Shown here: positions 1-10,306 of the stretch, piece after piece
Position numbering within the stretch: position 1 is the first letter of the stretch
Layout of the letters: each line of letters opens with the position of its first letter
DNA from: Longimicrobiales bacterium
GTDB lineage: Bacteria > Gemmatimonadota > Gemmatimonadetes > Longimicrobiales > Gaopeijiaceae
DNA: 64,000 nucleotides
Reading direction: 5' to 3'
Assembly: GCA_965116905.1 (NCBI GenBank)
Contig: OZ220732.1
Coordinates: 1,504,001 to 1,568,000, forward strand
Made by a program: the position numbers and the translations under genes
Notes under the pieces: generated by a model
Databases searched by the model: none
The model's input: the letters and a program-made list of their open reading frames with translations, nothing else
Told to the model about the DNA's origin: nothing

Positions 1-960
1 CCGGTCACCCTCGACCACGACATGGCCGGCCCCATGGCACGCACCGTGGCCGACGCCGCCATCCTGCTCGGCGGGATGGAGAGCGCGGCGCCCGACCCCA
101 ACGACCTCGCGACCGAGGTTTGCGAGCCGCCGCCTGGGCGCGACTACCGGCCCTTCCTGAACCCGGACGGGCTGCGCGGGGCCCGAATCGGCATTCCGCG
201 GGCGTTCTACTACGACCCGATCCGGCTCGACGGCGAGGACCGAACGCGCGGCGGGCTCAACGACCCGCAGCTCGCGCTGATGGAGGAGGCGATCGCGGTC
301 CTCGAGGCCCAGGGCGCGGTGGTGATCGACCCGGCCGACGTGCCCAGCTACGCGACGACCGACCCGGACTCGAACTTTGCCGCGTGGGGGTTCTGCGCGG
401 GGGGCCACCAGGGGAGGGGCGCCGACGAGGACTGCTCGGTGAACTTCAAGTACGGCGCGAAGCTGGACTTCAACGCGTGGCTGGCGACCCTCGCCCCGGG
501 TGCCCCGGTTGGCACGCTCACCGAGTTGCGCGAGTGGAACATCGAGCATGAGCGCGCGGGCGCCATGAAGTACGGTCAGGCCCGCTTCGACATCTCCGAC
601 GAGATGGATGTCGAGACCGACCGCGAGCGCAACGAGGCCGACATGGCAAGGGACGAGCTGCTGAGCCGGACGCGCGGGATCGACGCGGTTCTCGCGGAAC
701 ACGACCTCGACGCGATCCTGACCCCCGGAAGCCGGGGCGCGGGGCTCGCCGCCCGTTCAGGCACCCCGATCATCGTCGTCCCCTTCGGCTTCGTGCCCAA
801 CGAGCCCGCGCAGCCGTTCCCGGAGGGGTTCGACGCCCGCCCCGCACCCTTCGGCGTGGGCTTCACGGGAGCCAATTGCAGCGAGCCGCGGCTGATCGAA
901 CTGGCCTACGCCTTCGAGCAGGCGACGAAGCGACGGGTGCCGCCGCCGGGGGTGCCGTAA
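1..960 (+). CDS. Amidase signature family protein, 5' end outside the window
   Basis: Frame is open from base 1 (PVTLDHDMAGPMARTVADAAILL, the end of the amidase signature region); C-terminus has the typical EPRLIELAYAFEQATKRRVPP. Confidence 0.85.
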   Translation, partial: PVTLDHDMAGPMARTVADAAILLGGMESAAPDPNDLATEVCEPPPGRDYRPFLNPDGLRGARIGIPRAFYYDPIRLDGEDRTRGGLNDPQLALMEEAIAVLEAQGAVVIDPADVPSYATTDPDSNFAAWGFCAGGHQGRGADEDCSVNFKYGAKLDFNAWLATLAPGAPVGTLTELREWNIEHERAGAMKYGQARFDISDEMDVETDRERNEADMARDELLSRTRGIDAVLAEHDLDAILTPGSRGAGLAARSGTPIIVVPFGFVPNEPAQPFPEGFDARPAPFGVGFTGANCSEPRLIELAYAFEQATKRRVPPPGVP

Positions 961-1017
961 CGGAAGCCGCCGGAGCCAGCGCCGAAGCTCATCCTCCCAA
1001 CCAGCTGAAGCTGCGCG

Positions 1018-2436
1018 CTACCGCCGCCACACCCCCACACCGTCCTCGTACCGGATTCCGGTCCCGTACGGCCGTGACAGCGCCGCGAGGTGCTCGATGA
1101 TCTTGCGGCCCAGCTCCTCCGGCGCGATGCGCGGCGTGCCCCGGCGGCCCCGCGGCGCCTTCCAGCTCAGCTCGATCGGGTGAAACACGATCTCGACCAC
1201 CTCGCCGCCCTCGAATGTCGCCACCGGAACCACGCTCTCGTACCACTCCGCGCCGGTGGGGAAGCCCGTGGTGGGGTTGCCGTCCTCGTCCACCCGGAAG
1301 CGCGTGTCGTAGATCTCCGACGCCAGCCGGTCGAGCGGGATCCCGTAGCGGTCGCGCTGGTCGGACGGCATCGGGTCGATCGTCTCGTTCTGGAAGATGA
1401 AGTTGGCGAGCGAGTAGAAGATCGGGCGGCCCCTGTAGATCTCGACCGCGCGCAGCTGGTGCGGCCCGTGGATGATGAAGGTGGTCGCTCCCGCGTCGAT
1501 CGCCTGCCGTGCGAATTCCTCCATCCACGGCGGTGGCACCTGCGATGCGTTGCCGGGCTCGTGGGAATGGCTGTTGACGACCACGTAGTCGGCCTGATCG
1601 GTCGCGTTTCGCACCTCGTGCAGCACCCGTTCGCGGTCGACATCGTTCAGCGACACGATCGTCCGGTCCTCTTCGCCCGGGTACACGGTCCGCCCCAGCA
1701 CCCGCACCGGCGCGTCCTCATCCTCCGAAACGTTCCCGCCCCGCCTGCGCGCCACATCCCGCAGCGCGGCCATCGTCTCCGCCGAACCCTCATAGCGGGT
1801 GCTCAGGCGCAGCGGGTTCAGCCCCGGCCGCCCCTGCACGGTGGGCCCGGCCTTCCCCGCACGCGACATCGGCGTGAACGTCGACGCCATCCCGATCAAC
1901 GCGATCCGCCCCTTCGGCGTCTCCAGGTACCCCGGACGGCTGGCCCACCCCAGGTTCTCGCCGGCTCCCGAGTGCACCAGCCCCCACTCGTCCATCAGCC
2001 GGTTGGTCAGCCGCATCCCCTCGACGCCGTAGTCGGTGGTGTGGTTGTTGGCGTTGTTGAAGAGGTCGAACCCCATGTCGACCAGGTCCCGCAGCGTCTC
2101 GGGCGAGCCGACCTCGTAGTTGCCGCCGTTTTCCGCCGCCGGCCAGCCGGTGAACTCCTGCAGCCGGAACACCGACTGCTCCAGGTTCATGAACGCCGCG
2201 TCGGCCCCGCGAATGATGTTGGCGAGCTCATGGAACCCCGGATCCCCCGGATGATCGAACGGCGCCGTCCTCCGGTTCATGATCACGTCTCCCACCGCTG
2301 CCAGGGTCCAGCGGGTGTTGGAATCAATGGGCGAGCGCGACTGCGCGTGGGCGTTCTGCTGCGCCGGCGGGCCGAGCATGGCCGCGGCGACGAGGAGAAG
2401 GGTCGGGGCTGCGAAGCGGGTCGGCGGGCGGCGCAT
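1018..2436 (-). CDS. CapA/PgsA-family metallophosphoesterase, exported
   Basis: Signal peptide; motifs AVGDVI, NLEQ, NNANNHTTDYG, HSH, IHGPH, YSLANF. Confidence 0.85.
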   Translation of the reverse strand: MRRPPTRFAAPTLLLVAAAMLGPPAQQNAHAQSRSPIDSNTRWTLAAVGDVIMNRRTAPFDHPGDPGFHELANIIRGADAAFMNLEQSVFRLQEFTGWPAAENGGNYEVGSPETLRDLVDMGFDLFNNANNHTTDYGVEGMRLTNRLMDEWGLVHSGAGENLGWASRPGYLETPKGRIALIGMASTFTPMSRAGKAGPTVQGRPGLNPLRLSTRYEGSAETMAALRDVARRRGGNVSEDEDAPVRVLGRTVYPGEEDRTIVSLNDVDRERVLHEVRNATDQADYVVVNSHSHEPGNASQVPPPWMEEFARQAIDAGATTFIIHGPHQLRAVEIYRGRPIFYSLANFIFQNETIDPMPSDQRDRYGIPLDRLASEIYDTRFRVDEDGNPTTGFPTGAEWYESVVPVATFEGGEVVEIVFHPIELSWKAPRGRRGTPRIAPEELGRKIIEHLAALSRPYGTGIRYEDGVGVWRR

Positions 2437-2545
2437 GGGGTCCTCCTTGGGGCACTGGACGGCTCGCGAGGATAGTGGTTCGCGCGCCCACGGCGGGCAA
2501 ACGTGGCCCGCGGCACTCGTCCGTTCGGGGCCCGCACCGCCGCGA

Positions 2546-3712
2546 CTAGGCTCGCGCGATCAGCCGCTCCATGAGCGCGGGCAGCGGAATCGCCGTGATC
2601 CCGTCCCCGAGGGGGTAGGTCTCGGTCCCCGGGTATACGATGAAACTGTGGGTGGCCGCGACGTCCGCCGTGGCAACGCGAAATCCCCGGGGCACTCTCG
2701 GTGCCGAGGAACGCTTGACCTCGACGGCCCACAACTCCTGCCCGGGGAGGAGCAGCAAGAGGTCGATTTTGGCCCCGGACCTGGTCCTGTAGAAGAACGC
2801 GTCCGTGCCGACGGGAGCGGCTCCGATCAGGTTCTCGACGACGAGGCCCTCCCAGCTGGCGCCCGCGACCGGGTGCCCCAGGAGGTCGTCGAGGGATCGG
2901 ATGTTGAGGAGGGCGTGCACGATGCCGCTGTCACGCACGAGGACCCTGGGTGACTTGATGAGCCGCTTCCCCACGTTGGCGTGGTAGGGCTGAAGTCGGC
3001 GCAACAGCATCATGTCCACCAGCGTGTCCGTGTAGCGGTTCACGGATGGCACCGAGACCCCCAGGCTCCGGGCCAACTCGGCGGCGTTGAAAGTCGAGCC
3101 CTGCCGATGGGACAACATCGTCCAGAACCGGCGAAGCGTCTCCACCGGAGCCCTGAGTCCGGACTGGGGGAGGTCCCGCTCGAGGTAGGTGCGGATGAAG
3201 TTCGCACGCCAGCGGATGCTGAGATCGTCGTCCCTGGCTGTGAAGCTCTCCGGGAACCCGCCCCTCAGCCACAACCGATTGAGATCGGAACCGGCTTCCA
3301 GCGCATCGAATCCCGGCAGCTCGTGATACGCCGTGCGCCCCGCGAGAGATTCGGCGGACTGGCGAAGCAGTATCCCTGAAGCCGATCCCAGCAGCAGAAA
3401 GTGCCCGCAGGCGCGACCCGCGCGGCGCCGTATGTCGATCTGTCCGCGAAGGATCCGGAAGAGATCGGGCACGAGCTGAACCTCGTCCAGAATGACCAGC
3501 CGGTGCCGGTGCAGGTCGAGATAGTCGCGGGTGTTCCCCAGACGCGCCTGATCGGAGGGATCCTCCAGGTCCAGGTAGATGGAGTGCGGATCCGTGTCGG
3601 CAATGGTCCGGGCGAGCGTGGTCTTTCCCGCCTGGCGGGGCCCAAGGAGGACGACCGCGGGGAAAGCGGCGAGATCGCGCTGGACCAGGGCGGTGTGGCG
3701 TCGCGTGATCAT
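2546..3712 (-). CDS. AAA_14 ATPase with C-terminal DUF4143
   Basis: GPRQAGKT Walker A, ILDEVQ Walker B, GGFPE, YLERDL, and a KIDLL...VEVK nuclease-like tail. Start set at ATG 3712 (MITRRH); the upstream in-frame extension is AT-rich promoter DNA. Confidence 0.9.
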   Translation of the reverse strand: MITRRHTALVQRDLAAFPAVVLLGPRQAGKTTLARTIADTDPHSIYLDLEDPSDQARLGNTRDYLDLHRHRLVILDEVQLVPDLFRILRGQIDIRRRAGRACGHFLLLGSASGILLRQSAESLAGRTAYHELPGFDALEAGSDLNRLWLRGGFPESFTARDDDLSIRWRANFIRTYLERDLPQSGLRAPVETLRRFWTMLSHRQGSTFNAAELARSLGVSVPSVNRYTDTLVDMMLLRRLQPYHANVGKRLIKSPRVLVRDSGIVHALLNIRSLDDLLGHPVAGASWEGLVVENLIGAAPVGTDAFFYRTRSGAKIDLLLLLPGQELWAVEVKRSSAPRVPRGFRVATADVAATHSFIVYPGTETYPLGDGITAIPLPALMERLIARA

Positions 3713-3714
3713 GA

Positions 3715-3748
3715 TTGCTAATATCAAATAGTCATTAGTGATTAGCAA
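3715..3748 (-). promoter_or_regulatory. Palindromic operator/promoter of the DUF4143 ATPase
   Basis: TTGCTAAT-N18-ATTAGCAA; on the minus strand TTGCTA-17nt-GATATT lies just upstream of the ATG. Confidence 0.55.
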
Positions 3749-3880
3749 GGATAATGCTGTTTCTGATGTGATCGGCGGCATTTTCGCCCGGCGCTCGCCT
3801 TGCGTGGCCCAGGACCCATCCGTCCTCCCTCGGCGTGGTGGTGCAACCCTGTACGCACTAGCGAAACCCAACCCTCAGGG

Positions 3881-3960
3881 GTCCCATTATGGGACTGCGG
3901 TGTACATAATTGCGGTGTACATAATGCGGTATGTAACGGTGCGGTGTGTATAATGCGGTG
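3881..3960. repeat. 15-bp palindrome followed by 4-5 tandem copies of a 14-15 bp unit
   Basis: GTCCCAT-T-ATGGGAC (3881-3895), then TGCGGTGTACATAAT twice, GCGGTATGTAACGGT, GCGGTGTGTATAAT and GCGGTG. Confidence 0.85.
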
Positions 3961-4005
3961 AGCGTGATGCGTTGCTGGCCGCCGATGACCGGACGGGATC
4001 GATAG

Positions 4006-5904
4006 ATGAAGCCGAAGCAGGGCCTGGGCGCCTTCTGGCAGGAGTTGCGCCGGAGGCACGTGGTGCGCGCGGGCGGCGTATACGTCGCGGCGGCGTTCGT
4101 GGTGCTGCAGCTCGGCGAGATCGTGCTCCCGGCCTTCAACGCGCCGGATTGGGTGCTGCAGTCGCTGGTGGTGGCGGCTTTTCTGGGTCTGCCCGTCGTG
4201 CTGGCCTTCGCGTGGGTGTACGACCTGACTCCGGAGGGGCTTGCCAAGACGCGCCAGTCCCCGGCCGGCGTGAAGGTCAGCATGGCGCCGCGTCTGGCGC
4301 TGCTGGCCGTGACCTCGATCTCGGTCGCGCTCGGGCTGGTGTGGTTCCAGCGGAGTGCCGCGACCTCGGACGCAGGCGCCGGAGCCGAGTCCCCCGCACC
4401 CGCGGGCGCGCGGTTCGCAAGCCTGGACCCGGATGCGCCCATCACCGCCATCGCGGTGCTTCCCCTGGCGGACTTCGCGGAGGGGGACGACCTCTTCGCC
4501 CGCCAGCTTCACGAGGAGATCATCACCCAACTCAGTCTCCTCACAAGCCTCCGAATCGTATCGCGGACCTCGGTGGAGCGGTACGCCGATTCCGACATGC
4601 TCCTGCCCGAAATCGCGGCCGAACTGGGGGTGCAGGCCGTCGTGACGGGCTCCGTGGCCATGACGTCCGAGAGCGACAGCGTGCGGATTACCCTTCAGCT
4701 GCTGCACGCCGCGACCGATACGCACATGCTGTCGCGCACCTTCCAGCGCGAGATGAAGGACATTCTGCGACTGCAGACCGAGGTCGCGGTCGAGATCGCC
4801 GGCACGGTCCAGGGCGAACTCGGCGATCAGATGATCGAGGAGGTCGACAGGGTCGCCGAGGTGGATCCGGAGGCGTATCGGGCGTTTCTGCAGGGTCAGC
4901 GGGAACTGGAGCGGGGGACTCCGGAGGCGCTGAACGCGGCCATCGGGCACTTCGACCGATCGGCGGAACTCGATCCCGGATATGCACAGCCGCTGGCCTG
5001 GAGGGCTGGGACGCACCTGATGCTGGCCACGGACCGCGACTCGGTGCCGGCTGAAGTCCTCGCGCAGGTGCGCGGTGATCTGGAGAGGGCCGGGACGCTC
5101 GGCGGTGCAGAAGACGAGGTAGCGGCGACGATGGTGATCCTTGGCGATCAGATGGGCCGCGTGGGAGCCGGTGTCGCTGCGGTGATCGAGGACGCGAGTG
5201 CGCAGGCCGGTTCGCTTGCCGGTTTTGTCACGGACTCGCTCCGGCGCCGCCAATTGCTGGAGTCGACGCGGTTCGGGCGCCAGTTCGGACGTCGGTCTCC
5301 CCTCGCGGTCGCCATGGGATTCCTGGAGACGGGTCGGTACGACAGCGCGGCCGTGGCGTTCGAGCGGATCCTGGACACCGAACCGGGTATGGTCCCGGCA
5401 TGGGCCGGCCTTGAGGAGGCCCATCTCCGTCAGGGCCATTACGAGGGCGCGGTCGATGTCCGGGAGCAGCGGATTCTGGCTACCCGCGGGGAGGGGCCGG
5501 AGGCCAGGGCCGCGGTCGAGCACCTGCACGCGACCTTCAACGAGGACGATCCGGCCAGCTACTGGCGGTGGCGGCGGGACCACAACGTGGAGCGGGAGGC
5601 CCGTGGCGAGCGCGTATCCGAAGCGGAGAAGGCGGTCATCGCCGTCGGTCTCGGCCAGCACGACGATGCGCTGCAACATCTCGAGGCCGCGGTCCAGAAC
5701 CGCGATCCGGCTCTGGTGACGCTGAGAAGCAACGCCATGTGGGACCCGCTGCGCAGCGACCCGCGCTTTCAGGATGTGGTGCGAAGCGTGCGGGAGGTTT
5801 GGCGGACCAGGGGCAGGCCGCTGCGGCCCGAGACGGGGACGCCAGGACGCCCGGAGTCGCGGCCGCCGGGGAGCGCAGGGCCGCGCACGCCAGGGATCCC
5901 TTGA
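4006..5904 (+). CDS. Membrane-anchored TolB-like N-terminal domain plus TPR protein
   Basis: N-terminal FWQELRRRHVVR module with 3 hydrophobic helices; IAVLPL...LRIVSRTS...VVTGSV TolB-like module; TPR repeats; WDPLRSDPRF tail. Confidence 0.75.
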   Translation: MKPKQGLGAFWQELRRRHVVRAGGVYVAAAFVVLQLGEIVLPAFNAPDWVLQSLVVAAFLGLPVVLAFAWVYDLTPEGLAKTRQSPAGVKVSMAPRLALLAVTSISVALGLVWFQRSAATSDAGAGAESPAPAGARFASLDPDAPITAIAVLPLADFAEGDDLFARQLHEEIITQLSLLTSLRIVSRTSVERYADSDMLLPEIAAELGVQAVVTGSVAMTSESDSVRITLQLLHAATDTHMLSRTFQREMKDILRLQTEVAVEIAGTVQGELGDQMIEEVDRVAEVDPEAYRAFLQGQRELERGTPEALNAAIGHFDRSAELDPGYAQPLAWRAGTHLMLATDRDSVPAEVLAQVRGDLERAGTLGGAEDEVAATMVILGDQMGRVGAGVAAVIEDASAQAGSLAGFVTDSLRRRQLLESTRFGRQFGRRSPLAVAMGFLETGRYDSAAVAFERILDTEPGMVPAWAGLEEAHLRQGHYEGAVDVREQRILATRGEGPEARAAVEHLHATFNEDDPASYWRWRRDHNVEREARGERVSEAEKAVIAVGLGQHDDALQHLEAAVQNRDPALVTLRSNAMWDPLRSDPRFQDVVRSVREVWRTRGRPLRPETGTPGRPESRPPGSAGPRTPGIP

Positions 5905-7112
5905 GGCTGGCACTTTTCGGGCTGGTTGCGGCAGTTGCGGGAGCTGCGGGAGCTGCGGCCGGTTGCGGGGAGGCTACTGCCCCGGCAAGCACTTCGCGCG
6001 ACAGCCTCGGGATTACGATCGTCGAGTCGACCGCGCCGAGTTGGGCGGAGGGCGCCGGGTGGCGCATCGATGAGGAACCCGTCGTGGACCTTGTCGAGAC
6101 CGGTGACGGGGACATGCACCTTTTCTTTCGTGTGCGGGACGTGTTGCGCACTCGGAGCGGCCATCTGGTGGTTGCCGACTTGAGTTCCCAACAGATCCGG
6201 ATCTACGACGGGGACGGGCGCTACTTGCGCGCTTTCGGCGGCTCAGGCGAGGGACCCGGCGAGTTTCGCAGCCTGTGGGCCGTTGTGGAGACCCACGGCG
6301 GCACGCTCCTCGGCCTGGACTACACGGTGGGTGGGGCGGGCGCGGAGTTCGACATCGACTCGGGGCTAATCAGCACTTTCAGGTGGCCTGGCGAGGAGAA
6401 TCCGGTTCGGCATCCGGTGCGTTCGGACATCGTGTGGGGATTGGACGCGGAGTACACGATGGAAGACGTAGGGACCCTTGCTGGCCTCCAACGCCATCCG
6501 GCGACGATCATTCGATTGTCCGAGGACCGGACCACTGTGCATGCGGTCGCGCGGATTCGCGGGGGCGAACTCTTCTTCCTGCCCGAAGTTGAGGTCAATC
6601 CCATAATGGGGCGGATGACGTACGTGGTGCCGACCGGTCGGGGCGAAGTCGTGGTGGGACTTGCGGATGGGTTGGAGTATTCGATCCTCGACGGCCAGTC
6701 CGGAGCTGTGCGGCTGATTGCCAGGATTCCGGGAATCTCGCTTGCCGTGACGGAAGAAGAAGTCGACCGCGAACTGCGGGTGCGCCTGGGGCCCAACCCG
6801 AGGCCGTACATTCGGGACCTTGTGGATCGGTTGCCTGTTCCCACCGAGAAGCCTGCCTACCAAAGGATGCTCCTGGATGCCGAGGGGAACGTCTGGGCCG
6901 GCGAGTTCCTGGGCCTTGCGCGCCGCTACGAGCCACAGGACTGGTACGTGTGGGACTCATCCGGAGTATGGCTGGGCATCGTCGAGACGCCCGCGCGGTT
7001 CGAGCTGATGCGGGTGGGTGTGGACGAGGTGCTCGGCGTGCGGCGGGACCTGAACGACGTGGAGCATCCGCAGGTCTTGCGACTGGTCAAGCCTCAAGGG
7101 CAGCCTGGCTAA
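5901..7112 (+). CDS. 6-bladed beta-propeller (NHL-like) lipoprotein
   Basis: TTG start overlaps the upstream TGA; lipobox AAGC; RDSLGITIVE and GGSGEGPGEF motifs. Confidence 0.75.
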   Translation: MRLALFGLVAAVAGAAGAAAGCGEATAPASTSRDSLGITIVESTAPSWAEGAGWRIDEEPVVDLVETGDGDMHLFFRVRDVLRTRSGHLVVADLSSQQIRIYDGDGRYLRAFGGSGEGPGEFRSLWAVVETHGGTLLGLDYTVGGAGAEFDIDSGLISTFRWPGEENPVRHPVRSDIVWGLDAEYTMEDVGTLAGLQRHPATIIRLSEDRTTVHAVARIRGGELFFLPEVEVNPIMGRMTYVVPTGRGEVVVGLADGLEYSILDGQSGAVRLIARIPGISLAVTEEEVDRELRVRLGPNPRPYIRDLVDRLPVPTEKPAYQRMLLDAEGNVWAGEFLGLARRYEPQDWYVWDSSGVWLGIVETPARFELMRVGVDEVLGVRRDLNDVEHPQVLRLVKPQGQPG

Positions 7113-7188
7113 CGACCAGCGCGCCCAGGGCGTTGCCCCGGTCGGCACTGTTGCATTGTACGTTGCGTTGTACCCCCCTTCGGCGAGC

Positions 7189-7230
7189 TGTCTTGCTCTT
7201 GGTTCGGCTTATCGCCTAACCTGTACTAAC
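7189..7230 (+). repeat. Dispersed 42-bp hairpin element, copy A
   Basis: Gapless 31/42 identity to each of 18764-18805 and 50449-50490, which are in the opposite orientation. Confidence 0.8.
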
Positions 7231-7270
7231 CGTCGGACAGCCTCTGACGCGACTTTACAGTCCGTCCGCG

Positions 7271-8533
7271 TCACAGCCCGCCGCCAAAGCTGTCCGCGAC
7301 CTGCACCCTTGCGCCGCCGCCGGCCTTCACGACGAACATCTCGTCGCGAGTCGGCGGCCGTCCCAGGCGCGGCTTGTAGAAGCGCGCGGCGAGGGCCTGC
7401 AGGACTTCCCCGACCGCGCCCTGGCCACACAACACGACGGCGCAGCCACCGAATCCGGCACCCGTCAGGCGCGCCCCCGCGGCTCCGGCCTCCAATGCCA
7501 CCGTGACGATCTCGTCCAGCTCGGGCGTGCTCACTTCGTAGTCGTCCCGGAGGCTCTCGTGCGAGCCCAGCATCAGTTCGCCGAACTCGCGCATGTCACC
7601 ATCGCGCATGGCCACCTCGGCGAGCGCCACCCGGCGGCCCTCCGTCACGACGTGGCGGAAGCGGCGAAACAGCACGGGGGCGAGGACGCGGCGGGCGCGC
7701 TGGAGCAGGCGGTCCATGTCGTCGTCGGCGATCAGGTCGCTATAGGTAAGCGCGGGAACGCCCCGACGGTCGCGTTCCGGCGTCGCCGGTCCGTCGTTGG
7801 CGAAGGCTCCGCCCACCGTCGCCAGCGCCTCCCGACACTGTCGCGCCCGCTCGTTGTATGCCTCGCGCGCACCGGCCGACTTCTCGGCGCGAACCAGCGA
7901 TGATGCCACTACCCACCGCCACCCCTCCGGCACCGCCACCGGAGTCACCCGCAACGGCTCGAAGTCGATACGCAGCGCGTGGCCCGCGACACCGTGCAGG
8001 CACGCGGCCTGGTCCATGCCCCCTCCCTCGAGCCCGACGAACCGCTCGGCGCGCGCCATCAGAGCGGCGAGTTCGAGGCGGGAGATGGCGGCGGCAGACG
8101 GGCCGGGACGACTGCCGGACTCGGGTTGTCCGGCCCCTACCTCTACCCCATTCGCCTTCAGCAGCGCCAGCGCCGTGGCTACCACCAACGCGGACGAGGA
8201 CGACAGTCCGGACGCGATCGGCACGTCGCCGGTCACGGTGCCCTCGATGCCCCGGTCCAGCCGCACGCCATGGTCCAGCAGTCCCCTGGCCGCCGCCCGC
8301 ACGTAGTTCGACCAGTGACCCTGGTCCGCTGCCTCGATGGGACGTTTCAGCTGAAACTCGAACCGGTCGAAACGCGCCAGCGGGCTGTCCAGCCGCACCA
8401 CCGGGCCGTCCGCCACAACGAACGCAATGCGCACGTCCCGGTCGATGGCGATGGGGAACACGGGCAGGCCGTTGTAGTCGGTGTGTTCGCCGATCAGGTT
8501 GACGCGGCCGGGGGCGGTGGCCAGCCAGCTCAA
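7271..8533 (-). CDS. galK: Galactokinase-family (GHMP) sugar-1-kinase
   Basis: APGRVNLIGEHTDYN, PIASGLSSS, GGMDQ, GARLTGAGFGG; TTG start just after the symporter stop. Substrate not established. Confidence 0.85.
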   Translation of the reverse strand: MSWLATAPGRVNLIGEHTDYNGLPVFPIAIDRDVRIAFVVADGPVVRLDSPLARFDRFEFQLKRPIEAADQGHWSNYVRAAARGLLDHGVRLDRGIEGTVTGDVPIASGLSSSSALVVATALALLKANGVEVGAGQPESGSRPGPSAAAISRLELAALMARAERFVGLEGGGMDQAACLHGVAGHALRIDFEPLRVTPVAVPEGWRWVVASSLVRAEKSAGAREAYNERARQCREALATVGGAFANDGPATPERDRRGVPALTYSDLIADDDMDRLLQRARRVLAPVLFRRFRHVVTEGRRVALAEVAMRDGDMREFGELMLGSHESLRDDYEVSTPELDEIVTVALEAGAAGARLTGAGFGGCAVVLCGQGAVGEVLQALAARFYKPRLGRPPTRDEMFVVKAGGGARVQVADSFGGGL

Positions 8534-8535
8534 TC

Positions 8536-10302
8536 CTAAAAGCCGAGTCTGGGCAATAGCCGGAAGAGCCAGACCCCCGCCGCCGCCGAGATCGCCAGTG
8601 CGGCCACCCCCGCAAGCACCTGGCCATAGAGCAGGTATCCCGTGGCGAAGAGTGCCGCGTAGACCAGCACGCACCCCAGGAACCAGGCCAGGAACGCGGC
8701 CGTGATCGATTCGGCGTCACGCGGGCCGGAGCCCACGTCGACCACCCGCCGCCACCCCTTGCCCAGCGGCTGGATCTTGTCGTAGAAGCCCTGCAGGGTT
8801 TCCCGGCTCGCTGGCGGCGTGACCAGGGTAACCCCGACCCACCCGACCGTCGTCACCGCCACCCCGACGACCAGCTGCTGCCAGCCGGTAAGCGGCGCGA
8901 AGCCCAGCGCACCGTGCACCCACGCGAAATAGATGGCGACGAGGAACGAGATCGTCATTCCGGCGAGTTCGCTCCACACGTTCACGCGGTACCAGAACCA
9001 GCGCAGCAGGAAGATCAGCCCGGTCCCGGCCCCGATCTGGAGCAGGATCTGGAATCCCTGACCCGCGGTATCCAGCTGGAGCGCGATGAAGGCGCCGAGC
9101 ACCATCAGTCCGACCGTCGACAGGCGACCCACCGCCACCAGTCGCCGCTGGCTCGCCTCCGGGTTCACAAAACGACGGTAGAAGTCGCTCACCAGGTACG
9201 ACGAGCCCCAGTTGAGCTGCGTGCTGATCGTGGACATGTACGCTGCCGCGAGCGACGCGACCACCAGCCCCAGCAGGCCCGCCGGCAGGAACACGAGCAT
9301 CGCGGGGTAGGCGAGGTCGTTGCCGACGAGCGACGGATCGAGGTCGGGGAATCGGGTCTCGATGTCGGCCAGCTCCGGGTAGATGACCATCGAGCAGAGC
9401 GCCACGATGATCCACGGCCAGGGCCGCAGCCCGTAGTGGGCGACGTTGAACCACAGCGTCGCCTTCATCGACTCCTTCTCGTTTTTGGCGGCCAGCATCC
9501 GCTGTGCGACATAACCGCCGCCGCCGGGCTCGGATCCCGGGTACCACGCGCTCCACCACTGCACCGCGATCGGAATGATGAAGATCCCCGCCGCGACACT
9601 CCAATTCGAGAAGTCGGGGAAGAACCTCATCGCCGACCGCAGTTCGGGGTTGCCCACGAGCCCCGCGAGGCCGCCGACTTCGGGCTGCGCCAACGCGAAG
9701 TATGCCGCGGCGACCGATCCAACCATGGCCACGACGAACAGCACGAGATCCGTGACGACCACGCCCCAGAGCCCCGAAGTGGCCGAATAGAGCATGGTCA
9801 CGGACCCCGCGATCAGGACGGTCGTGAGCGGGTCCAGACCGAGAAGCACGCCCCCGATCTTGGTCGCGGCGAGGGTGACGGTCGCGATGATCATCACGTT
9901 GTAGAAGACGCCCAGGTAGAGCGCACGGAATCCGCGCAGGAACGCGGCCGAGCGCCCCGAATAGCGCAGCTCGTAGAACTCGATGTCGGTGAGCGCGCCC
10001 GATCTGCGCCACAGCTTCGCGTAGAAGAAAACGGTGCACATCCCTGTAATCAGAAAGGCCCACCACGACCAGTTCTGCGCGACTCCCCCGGTGCGCACGA
10101 AGTCGGCGACCAGGTTGGGCGTGTCGGTCGAGAAGGTCGTCGCGACCATGGACGTGCCCAGCAGCCACCAGGGCAGCTTGCGCCCCGACAGGAAGAACTC
10201 GTCGGCGCCCTTGCCCGCGCGCCGCGCGAAGTAGAGGCCGATCGCGAGAGCCGTCAGCCCGTACAGCGCGATGACGATCCAGTCGAGGGGGACGAGTTGC
10301 AT
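8536..10302 (-). CDS. Sodium:solute symporter (SSS) family transporter
   Basis: About 14 hydrophobic segments; FFLSGRKLPWW, SMVATTFSTDTP, QRMLAAK, AAYMSTIST motifs. Confidence 0.92.
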   Translation of the reverse strand: MQLVPLDWIVIALYGLTALAIGLYFARRAGKGADEFFLSGRKLPWWLLGTSMVATTFSTDTPNLVADFVRTGGVAQNWSWWAFLITGMCTVFFYAKLWRRSGALTDIEFYELRYSGRSAAFLRGFRALYLGVFYNVMIIATVTLAATKIGGVLLGLDPLTTVLIAGSVTMLYSATSGLWGVVVTDLVLFVVAMVGSVAAAYFALAQPEVGGLAGLVGNPELRSAMRFFPDFSNWSVAAGIFIIPIAVQWWSAWYPGSEPGGGGYVAQRMLAAKNEKESMKATLWFNVAHYGLRPWPWIIVALCSMVIYPELADIETRFPDLDPSLVGNDLAYPAMLVFLPAGLLGLVVASLAAAYMSTISTQLNWGSSYLVSDFYRRFVNPEASQRRLVAVGRLSTVGLMVLGAFIALQLDTAGQGFQILLQIGAGTGLIFLLRWFWYRVNVWSELAGMTISFLVAIYFAWVHGALGFAPLTGWQQLVVGVAVTTVGWVGVTLVTPPASRETLQGFYDKIQPLGKGWRRVVDVGSGPRDAESITAAFLAWFLGCVLVYAALFATGYLLYGQVLAGVAALAISAAAGVWLFRLLPRLGF

Positions 10303-10306
10303 CGCT

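Noticed and set aside
1018..2436. Poly-gamma-glutamate capsule locus
   Set aside because: No capB/capC (pgsB/pgsC) is nearby; stand-alone CapA-like proteins are common.
3896..3960. Possible CRISPR array or iteron origin
   Set aside because: Units are 14-15 bp and contiguous with no spacers; no cas or rep gene is present.
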